Positions 35,053 to 42,203 of a DNA stretch of 42,203 nucleotides are shown piece after piece. Source of the stretch: a bacterium. Lineage in GTDB: Bacteria; Bacillota_I; Bacilli_A; Acholeplasmatales; Anaeroplasmataceae. The notes under the pieces were generated by a model. That model was not told the DNA's origin, ran no database searches, and saw only the letters and a list, made by a program, of their open reading frames with translations. Position 1 is the first letter of the stretch; each line of letters opens with the position of its first letter. Both the position numbers and the translations under genes were made by a program. The stretch spans positions 1 to 42,203 of the forward strand of contig CAVAIM010000001.1 in the NCBI GenBank assembly GCA_963588755.1, given 5' to 3'.

Positions 35053-37020
35053 ATGGAAAATAAAAAGTTTTATTTATCTACTGCAATTGCATACACATCA
35101 TCTACACCTCATATAGGAAATGTGTATGAAGCTATATTAGCTGATTCTATATGTAGAATGAAGCGTACTTTAGGATATGATGTATATTTTCAAACAGGTA
35201 CTGACGAACATGGTCAAAAGATTGAACGTAAGGCCATTAGTCAAGGTGTTACTCCTAAGGAGCATGTAGATAAAGTAGCTAAAGAATTAAGAGATATTTA
35301 TGATTTAATGGATGTTTCTTATGATAGATTTATTCGTACAACTGATCTAGATCATGTAGCAGCTGTACAAAAGATTTTTAAGCGTTTATATGATAAGGGA
35401 GATATCTATAAAGGATATTATGAAGGATATTACTGCGTTGCAGATGAATCTTATTATCTTGAACGTGATTTAGTTGATGGTAAGTGTCCTGACTGTGGTA
35501 GAGCAGTTGAACTTACTAAAGAAGAATGTTATTTCTTAAGATTAAAGCCATATCAAGAGCGTTTAGTAAATCATATTAAGACTCATGATGAATTTATTCA
35601 ACCTGAATCTAGAAAGAATGAAATGTTAAATAACTTCTTAAAAGATGATTTACCTGATTTATGTGTATCACGTACAAGTTATAAGTGGGGTATTCCTGTA
35701 TCATTTGATTCAAAACATGTAACTTATGTATGGATTGATGCATTATGTAACTATATTACAGGTATTGGATATGATCCTGATAAATCATTTGAAGAACAAA
35801 ATGAAAAGTTTAAGAAGTACTGGCCATGTGATTGTCATTTAATTGGTAAGGATATTTTAAGATTCCATACTATTTATTGGCCAATTATGTTAATGGCTCT
35901 AGACCTACCTCTACCTAAACAAGTATTCGGTCATCCATGGGTATTATTTGGTAATGACAAGATGAGTAAGTCTAGAGGTAATATTATTTATGCTCAAGAC
36001 TTAGTTAAGCGTTTTGGTGTTGATGCGGTTAGATATTATGTATTACATGAAATCCCATTTGCACAAGATGGATCTATTACTTATGAATTATTAATTGATA
36101 GATATAATTCTGATTTAGCTAATACTTTAGGTAATTTAGTATCTCGTAGTTTAGCTATGACTAATAAGTATTTCAACGGTACTGTTAAATATCACGGAGC
36201 TTTATCTGATGTAGATAAGGACTTAGAAGCATTAGCAGTTGAAACTCGCACTCAACTAGTAAAACATATGGATATGTTTAAGACTGGAGATGCGATTGAG
36301 GACGTTATGAAGTTCTTACGTAGAGCTAATAAGTATGTTGATGAAACAGAACCTTGGGCTCTTGCAAAAGATGAATCAAAGCGTGATACGCTTGAAAATG
36401 TATTATATCATTTACTAGAATCTATTAAGGCTAGCGCATTAATGTTAGAACCATTTATGCCATCAACTAGTAAGAAAATCTATAAGTTCTTGAGGTTAAC
36501 TGACCCTAAGTTTGATGAAGTTGGAGATTATTCTAAAGAAGGAACTTATACTATCGGTGAATATGAAAACTTATTCCAACGTTTAGATTCTAAGAAGGTA
36601 TTAGATGAAATCTATCAAGAACAAGCTCTTAAGCAAGAACAAGCTAAAGAAGCTAATAAGTTAAGTGATGATTTAGCTAAGACTGAAAGTAAGCCAGAAA
36701 TTACTATTGATGATTTTGAAAAGATTGAATTAGTAGTTGGTAAAATTTTAGAAGCTCGTAAACACCCTAAGGCTGATAAGTTATTAGTATTTAAGGTTGA
36801 TATTGGTACTGAAGTTAGACAAATAGTATCTGGTATTGCAAAATGGTATAACCCTGATGATGTTGTAGGTAAGAAGGTTGTTGTTGTAAAGAACTTAAAG
36901 CCTATTAAACTAAGAGGAGAAGAATCTTGTGGTATGTTACTATGTGCTGCAGATAAAGAGGATAAGACTCTAGAATTATTAAATGTTAATGCATTAAATC
37001 CTGGAGATATTGTAAGATAA
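35053..37020 (+). CDS. metG: methionine-tRNA ligase with C-terminal tRNA-binding (Trbp111/EMAPII-like) domain
   Basis: HIGH-type PHIGNVYE, KMSKS, a zinc knuckle CPDCG, and the C-terminal LVVGKILEARKHPKADKLLVFKVDIG. The start is ATG 35053. Confidence 0.95.
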   Translation: MENKKFYLSTAIAYTSSTPHIGNVYEAILADSICRMKRTLGYDVYFQTGTDEHGQKIERKAISQGVTPKEHVDKVAKELRDIYDLMDVSYDRFIRTTDLDHVAAVQKIFKRLYDKGDIYKGYYEGYYCVADESYYLERDLVDGKCPDCGRAVELTKEECYFLRLKPYQERLVNHIKTHDEFIQPESRKNEMLNNFLKDDLPDLCVSRTSYKWGIPVSFDSKHVTYVWIDALCNYITGIGYDPDKSFEEQNEKFKKYWPCDCHLIGKDILRFHTIYWPIMLMALDLPLPKQVFGHPWVLFGNDKMSKSRGNIIYAQDLVKRFGVDAVRYYVLHEIPFAQDGSITYELLIDRYNSDLANTLGNLVSRSLAMTNKYFNGTVKYHGALSDVDKDLEALAVETRTQLVKHMDMFKTGDAIEDVMKFLRRANKYVDETEPWALAKDESKRDTLENVLYHLLESIKASALMLEPFMPSTSKKIYKFLRLTDPKFDEVGDYSKEGTYTIGEYENLFQRLDSKKVLDEIYQEQALKQEQAKEANKLSDDLAKTESKPEITIDDFEKIELVVGKILEARKHPKADKLLVFKVDIGTEVRQIVSGIAKWYNPDDVVGKKVVVVKNLKPIKLRGEESCGMLLCAADKEDKTLELLNVNALNPGDIVR

Positions 37021-37943
37021 TGAGCGAAAAAGTAAAAACGGTAGTATCACGTGTACTTGTTGTAATATTTGCAAATATAATATTACAACTTGCAACCATG
37101 TGGTTCTTAGAGCCTGCACAACTATATTCAGGTGGTGCAACAGGTTTAGCTCAATTAATACTAAGAACTATTTATTATATTAGTGGTAATAGTGCAAGTA
37201 TTGGTAATTCTGTATATTCTGCTTATTTATCATTAACAGTATTTTTAGTTAATATTCCATTCTTATTAATTGGTATTAAATTTGTTTCATTACGTTTTGC
37301 GTTCTATAGTTTTGTTGCAGTAGTAGTACAATCTGTGATTTCACTTATTGCACCTCCTACAACAAGTCCATTTATTGAATATGGAACAGATGGTACAATC
37401 ACTAATGTATTAGCTTTAGCCTTAATGGGTGGTTTATTATCTGGATTTGCAAGTGGATTTGCACTAAAGTTTGGAACATCTACTGGTGGTATTGATGTAC
37501 TAGCTCAAGCTGTAGCACTTCATAAAGGTATATCAATTGGATCTATTACTCTAATATTTAATGTATTAGTAGCTGTAATAGGTGGAGGATGTCTTCAAGG
37601 AAGTTGGACAGTTACATTATATACTTGCTTACGTATGGTAATTAATTCACTTGTAACCGATAAAATTCATACATCATATACATATTCAGCTATAAATATC
37701 TTTACAACTCATGATGAAGAAATCTCAAACGCTATTCTTTCAAAAATGAATAGAGGAGTAACTGAGATGAATGTTGTTGGTGAGTATACTCATCAAAATA
37801 GAAAAGAACTATATTGTGTAGTGTCTACATATGAAGTTGAAAAAGTAGTAGAGATAGTGAAGACTTATGATGATCATGCGTTTATTACTATTTCACCTGT
37901 TAAAAAAGTTGTAGGTAACTTTATTAAAAAGACTATTATTTAG
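37020..37943 (+). CDS. YitT-family membrane protein (DUF2179 C-terminal domain)
   Basis: Polytopic, with GGATGLAQLI and GTSTGGIDVLA repeats, plus a soluble C-terminal domain TEMNVVGEYT...AFITISPV. Confidence 0.8.
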   Translation: MSEKVKTVVSRVLVVIFANIILQLATMWFLEPAQLYSGGATGLAQLILRTIYYISGNSASIGNSVYSAYLSLTVFLVNIPFLLIGIKFVSLRFAFYSFVAVVVQSVISLIAPPTTSPFIEYGTDGTITNVLALALMGGLLSGFASGFALKFGTSTGGIDVLAQAVALHKGISIGSITLIFNVLVAVIGGGCLQGSWTVTLYTCLRMVINSLVTDKIHTSYTYSAINIFTTHDEEISNAILSKMNRGVTEMNVVGEYTHQNRKELYCVVSTYEVEKVVEIVKTYDDHAFITISPVKKVVGNFIKKTII

Positions 37944-37981
37944 TCTTATAAATTTTAGTAATTTGATTATATAAACATTCT

Positions 37982-38008
37982 GACTAGGTATTAGCCTAGT
38001 CTTTTTCT
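37982..38008 (+). terminator. rho-independent terminator (plus strand)
   Basis: GACTAGG (37982-37988) pairs with CCTAGTC (37995-38001), followed by TTTTT. Confidence 0.65.
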
Positions 38009-38022
38009 TATTTTAATACAAA

Positions 38023-38050
38023 TAAAAAAGCCAAGACTTAAGCAGTCTTG
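38023..38050 (-). terminator. rho-independent terminator (minus strand) overlapping the rqcP stop
   Basis: CAAGACT (38032-38038) pairs with AGTCTTG (38044-38050). The A6 run at 38024-38029 reads as a T-run on the minus strand. Confidence 0.6.
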
Positions 38051-38307
38051 ACTTCTTTTGTAGTTTCACTAACTAATTCATACATTGAACTTGAATCAGC
38101 TTTCTTAGTTAAAGGATCTAGAGATACAACTTTAATTTTAACTTCCTTATTACCAAATTCAATAGTAATAATATCACCTAATTTAAGTTGATATGATGGT
38201 TTAACTAATCTATCGTTAACTAGTATTCTGTTAGCTTCTGTAGCTTCTTTTGCAAGAGTTCTACGTTTAATAATTCTTGTAACTTTTAAATACTTATCTA
38301 TACGCAT
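38038..38307 (-). CDS. rqcP: S4-domain RNA-binding protein RqcP (YabO), ribosome quality control
   Basis: MRIDKYLKVTRIIKRRTLAKEA... is close to B. subtilis YabO as I recall it. It is 89 aa and starts 2 nt after the ftsH stop. Confidence 0.85.
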   Translation of the reverse strand: MRIDKYLKVTRIIKRRTLAKEATEANRILVNDRLVKPSYQLKLGDIITIEFGNKEVKIKVVSLDPLTKKADSSSMYELVSETTKEVKTA

Positions 38308-38309
38308 AG

Positions 38310-40322
38310 TTATTGATTATTTGATTCTTCGTTAGTTGGAGTTGTATCTTCACTAGTTGATTCAATGTTATTATTTGATTCAACAGTAGTAGAAGAAGTG
38401 GTTTCATCAACTTGAGCATCTATAACAGTACTTGAAGCTTTAGCTTCTTTCTTAGCTTTTTGTTCATCATACCATTTTAACTTACCAGTCTTGTTAATTT
38501 CATCGATATCTTGTTTAGTAAGAGTTTCGATTTCCTTTAAGTAGTAAGCAATTTGCTCTAGTAAATCTCTATTAGCGTTAATACAATTAACTGCGTCTTG
38601 GTAACATTCTTCAATGATACGACGAGTTTCTTTATCAATTTCGTTTGCAACTTGATCAGAGAAATTCTTATCCTTTAAGTAATCTCTACCTAAGAATACA
38701 GAACCTTGATTTTGTTCATAAGTAAGAGGTCCTAAATTAGACATACCATATTCAGTAACCATTGAACGTGCAATCTTTGTAGCTCTTTCAAAGTCATTAG
38801 AAGCACCTGTAGAAACTTCATTGTATACGATTTCCTCAGCTACTCTACCACCTAAGAAACCAGTGATAGTATCAAGTAAATCACGTTTAGTTTGTAAATA
38901 CTTTTCTTCCTCAGGAAGCATTAGTGCATAACCACCAGCTTGTCCACGTGGAATAATAGTAACCTTTTGAACGATGTTTGCATGTTTTAACTTTAAACCG
39001 ATAACTGCGTGACCAGCTTCATGGTGCGCTACTCTATCACGTTCTTCATCATTCATTCTGTGACTCTTTTTAGCAGGACCCATCATAACACGGTCTGTTG
39101 CTTCATCGATGTCGAACTTGTTAATAACTTTACGGTTTGATCTTGCAGCAAGTAATGCAGCTTCATTAAGTAAGTTTTCAATATCAGCTCCGCTGAAACC
39201 AGGAATTCTGTGCGCAATGTCTTCAAAATTAACATCAGCGTCAAATTTCTTATTTCTAGCGTGTACCTTTAAAATAGCTTCTCTACCCTTTACATCAGGA
39301 AGAGAGATAGTAATTTGTCTGTCAAATCTACCAGGACGAAGAATAGCAGGGTCTAGTACGTCAGGACGGTTTGTAGCGGCCATAACGATAATACCAATGT
39401 TTCCAGTGAAACCATCCATTTCAACTAGAAGTTGGTTTAGAGTTTGTTCTCTTTCGTCATTTCCTCCACCCATACCAGCTCCTCTTTGTCTACCAACCGC
39501 ATCGATTTCATCGATGAAGATGATACATGGAGCATTTTGTTTAGCTTGTTTGAATAAGTCTCTAACTCTTGATGCACCAACACCGACGAACATTTCAACG
39601 AAGTCAGAACCAGAGATAGAGAAGAATGGAACACCAGCTTCACCAGCTACGGCTCTAGCTAGTAAAGTTTTACCAGTACCTGGATTACCTGAAAGTAGAA
39701 CACCCTTAGGTATACGAGCACCGATTTCTGCATATTTGCTTGGGTTTTTTAAGAAATCAACAATTTCAACAAGTTCTTGCTTTTCCTCATCACATCCTGC
39801 AACATCATTAAATGTTACAGTCTTACCTCTTGCAAGACGTGCAGTAGATTTACCGAATTCCATAGCCTTACCATTTCCATTAGACTTCATAATCCAGAAG
39901 TAGAATAGAACGATAATAACTATAGGTAGAAGATTTAGAATAATGTTTAACCAAGTATTATCATCTGGTAAATCTTTAGTAATACTAATATTATATGTAG
40001 TTTCTAATGCAGTAATATTAGATTCTGTTAATACACAAGTGAATTGAGTTGCAACTTTTTTACCAGTTGTATCTGTTTTAGTATAATAACCAGTTACAGT
40101 AAATAAAGTAGTAGTTTCTTGTTTTGCAGTAACGTTTGAAACTTCTGCCTTAGAAGTAGAATTAGGATCTACCCATGAAACGATGTCGTTATAAGTAACA
40201 GTTTCTGCAGTAGGTTTAGATAAATTTACAAATGCAATAATAAGTGCAATTAGTAATATAAATGTTAAGATATAGGCTCCTATATCAACACGTTTACGTT
40301 TTGGATTCTTTTGTGTTTGCAT
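38310..40322 (-). CDS. ftsH: ATP-dependent zinc metalloprotease FtsH
   Basis: Walker [12 protein letters not shown], the zinc motif HEAGHA and N-terminal TM helices. The C-terminal tail is S/T/N/E-rich. A strong SD AAGGAGG is present. Confidence 0.97.
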   Translation of the reverse strand: MQTQKNPKRKRVDIGAYILTFILLIALIIAFVNLSKPTAETVTYNDIVSWVDPNSTSKAEVSNVTAKQETTTLFTVTGYYTKTDTTGKKVATQFTCVLTESNITALETTYNISITKDLPDDNTWLNIILNLLPIVIIVLFYFWIMKSNGNGKAMEFGKSTARLARGKTVTFNDVAGCDEEKQELVEIVDFLKNPSKYAEIGARIPKGVLLSGNPGTGKTLLARAVAGEAGVPFFSISGSDFVEMFVGVGASRVRDLFKQAKQNAPCIIFIDEIDAVGRQRGAGMGGGNDEREQTLNQLLVEMDGFTGNIGIIVMAATNRPDVLDPAILRPGRFDRQITISLPDVKGREAILKVHARNKKFDADVNFEDIAHRIPGFSGADIENLLNEAALLAARSNRKVINKFDIDEATDRVMMGPAKKSHRMNDEERDRVAHHEAGHAVIGLKLKHANIVQKVTIIPRGQAGGYALMLPEEEKYLQTKRDLLDTITGFLGGRVAEEIVYNEVSTGASNDFERATKIARSMVTEYGMSNLGPLTYEQNQGSVFLGRDYLKDKNFSDQVANEIDKETRRIIEECYQDAVNCINANRDLLEQIAYYLKEIETLTKQDIDEINKTGKLKWYDEQKAKKEAKASSTVIDAQVDETTSSTTVESNNNIESTSEDTTPTNEESNNQ

Positions 40323-40331
40323 AATGCCTCC

Positions 40332-40874
40332 TTATTTTGTATAAACTTCTTCCTTTAGTACACCAACAAAGCCTAAATTACGATAGTTATTATTGTAATC
40401 AAGACCATATCCTACTACGAATTCCTTAGGAACAGTAGTACCAACATAGTCAGCTTCAATATGCTCTTTTCTTCCTTCAGGCTTATCTAATAATACACAA
40501 GTTTTAACAGATTTAGCTTTCTTAACATTTTTAAATAGAGAAACAGTTTCTTTTAAAGTTAAACCTGTATCAATAATATCATCTACAAGTAAAACATCTT
40601 TTCCTGCAACATCAATGTTAAGATCAGATTTAATCTCTAAATGTCCTTTAGACTCACATCCACTATAGCTAGAAACCTTCATATAATCTGTTTGAATATA
40701 TAAATCAATATTTCTAACTAAATCAGACATGAATGGAAGACATCCAGATAATAGTCCTACAACAACTAAATCCTTATCCTTGTAATCATTAGTAATCTTT
40801 TCACCTAGCTTCTTACAGATTGAATCAATTTCTTCTTTAGAAACTAGAACCTTTTTAATATCATTCTCAAGCAT
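40332..40874 (-). CDS. hpt: hypoxanthine phosphoribosyltransferase
   Basis: The PRPP-binding motif VLLVDDIIDTGLT, and the conserved tilS-hpt-ftsH order. Confidence 0.93.
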   Translation of the reverse strand: MLENDIKKVLVSKEEIDSICKKLGEKITNDYKDKDLVVVGLLSGCLPFMSDLVRNIDLYIQTDYMKVSSYSGCESKGHLEIKSDLNIDVAGKDVLLVDDIIDTGLTLKETVSLFKNVKKAKSVKTCVLLDKPEGRKEHIEADYVGTTVPKEFVVGYGLDYNNNYRNLGFVGVLKEEVYTK

Positions 40875-42174
40875 TTTTAACCTCCATTATTAAATATAAA
40901 TCCCACTTATCTAAACAAGAATTAATTAAACTTGATTTAGCTACAGAAGGAATCCATATGGTATTATCACAAGATATAACAAGCGGTAATTTATCACGTA
41001 AAGATATATCTATTTTCTTATCAATAAATAAATCTTTAACCTTTTTACTTCCACCTGGTAATTTAATTCTATCACCATTTTCCCGCTTCCTTATTTTTAG
41101 TGGCAAGTTTATAGTATTATAGCATAATTTAATATAATTTTTCACATGATTTGGACAAACTTTAGAAAAATAAAATATATAATTTCCAAATTCTTTTTTC
41201 TCATTGATATCAAGAGTAATTTCATCTAATTTTTGAGTCTCTTTTAAAGAGATAAATGCTCTGTTATATCTTTTAAAGAAGAAGTAGTCACTAGATAAAG
41301 TGATTTCTAGTTCTGACTTTTCACTTAAAAGTGAAGAATCTATTAAATTAATTAATTTATTAGATCTATTAATATGATTATTTTCAAGTAATAAACATAT
41401 AACATCTTTTCTTAATGCATTATCTAATGTTTTATAAGAAGAAATATCAATAGTATTAGAATGTGCTATTAAATAATTAATTGATTCTCTTCTTATATGA
41501 TTAAACGCGTCTTCTAACATATTAGAATAGTCAGCTGTCTTGTATAAAATATTAGAATCTAGTTGTTTAAGAGATGGGATAATATTATTTCTAATCTTAT
41601 TACGCATTTGAATATCTAGGCTATTAGTATAATCTTCAAAATATAATAAATTATGACGCACTTGATACTCTCTGATTTCATCCTTAGTAGTACACATTAA
41701 AGGTCTAATTATCTCAAGGCCAGATTTAAATACTTGAGGATGAATTCCGGAATATCCATATATATTAGAACCTTGATAAAGTTTTAGAAGTATAGTTTCT
41801 AAATTGTCATCTAAGTGATGTGCTAGTGCAAGTACACGTGTATTTTCTTTTTGACATACTTCGCTAAAGAAAGAATAACGCTCTCTTCGTGCGCTATCTT
41901 CAAAATTAGATTTATCTAAGTTTAAATGTTTAATGTATATTCTAATATTTAACTCTTTCGCAAGCTTTATAGCTTCTTGTTCCTCAAGTTTAGATTCCTC
42001 TCTAACTTGATGATTTACATGAGCTAAGACTACTTTATATCCTAAATTAATTAAGATATTAAGTAATACTCGAGAATCAATTCCATAAGAGAAAGCTAAA
42101 ACTATAGTAGAGTTATTAATATTAAGTTGTTTATCTTTAATAAAATTTTTGATTTTTAATTCTAACTTGTCCAT
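40867..42174 (-). CDS. tilS: tRNA(Ile)-lysidine synthetase
   Basis: A PP-loop-like VLAFSYGIDS, the motif LAHHLDDNLETILL, and its position upstream of hpt-ftsH. Confidence 0.9.
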   Translation of the reverse strand: MDKLELKIKNFIKDKQLNINNSTIVLAFSYGIDSRVLLNILINLGYKVVLAHVNHQVREESKLEEQEAIKLAKELNIRIYIKHLNLDKSNFEDSARRERYSFFSEVCQKENTRVLALAHHLDDNLETILLKLYQGSNIYGYSGIHPQVFKSGLEIIRPLMCTTKDEIREYQVRHNLLYFEDYTNSLDIQMRNKIRNNIIPSLKQLDSNILYKTADYSNMLEDAFNHIRRESINYLIAHSNTIDISSYKTLDNALRKDVICLLLENNHINRSNKLINLIDSSLLSEKSELEITLSSDYFFFKRYNRAFISLKETQKLDEITLDINEKKEFGNYIFYFSKVCPNHVKNYIKLCYNTINLPLKIRKRENGDRIKLPGGSKKVKDLFIDKKIDISLRDKLPLVISCDNTIWIPSVAKSSLINSCLDKWDLYLIMEVKNA

Positions 42175-42203
42175 AAACTAATACAACCTCTAGTATATAA
42201 TAC

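Noticed and set aside
39109-39903. 264-aa plus-strand ORF
   Set aside because: It lies entirely antisense to the highly conserved AAA+ core of ftsH. Its Ser/Pro/Ala/Leu-rich composition is typical of a shadow frame opposite a higher-GC gene. The same reasoning rejects 39437-39643.

Overview
This is an AT-rich chromosomal segment (roughly 30% GC by eye, not computed) from a low-GC Bacillota-type bacterium. It uses the standard code, since TGA acts as a stop, for example at 1676-1678.

The core is an uninterrupted S10-spc-alpha ribosomal protein supercluster (rpsJ to rplQ, 7645-21504). It includes secY, adk, infA, rpmJ (too short for the ORF track) and rpoA. After a 2.6-kb insert come ecfA1-ecfA2-ecfT-truA. 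These run directly into tmk-holB-ricT-trmN6-(TerB-like)-rsmI, then a large GGDEF/GAF/EAL protein, metG and a YitT-family membrane protein. A convergent minus-strand block holds tilS-hpt-ftsH-rqcP.

I saw no rRNA, tRNA, CRISPR array, transposase or integrase.

Two accessory regions stand out:
- **Region 1-7321, upstream of rpsJ.** It holds a membrane-anchored XRE regulator with a micropeptide ORF, and an HTH-DUF3990/DUF3791 overlapping gene pair behind a promoter with a perfect 16-bp palindrome. It also holds an orphan compact PTS enzyme-I homologue, a lipoprotein PL1 pectate lyase with three Listeria-Bacteroides repeats, and a class-II Fic protein with an N-terminal HTH.
- **Region 21552-24215, a three-gene cassette.** It encodes a cytoplasmic lipase-like alpha/beta hydrolase, a small lipoprotein, and a protein with an unknown N-terminal domain fused to a minimal nucleotidyltransferase. 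It has its own promoter and terminator and sits inside the normally contiguous rplQ|ecfA junction.

These two modules are my best candidates for an undescribed toxin/immunity or defence-type system. All family assignments come from motif recognition by eye, not from database searches.
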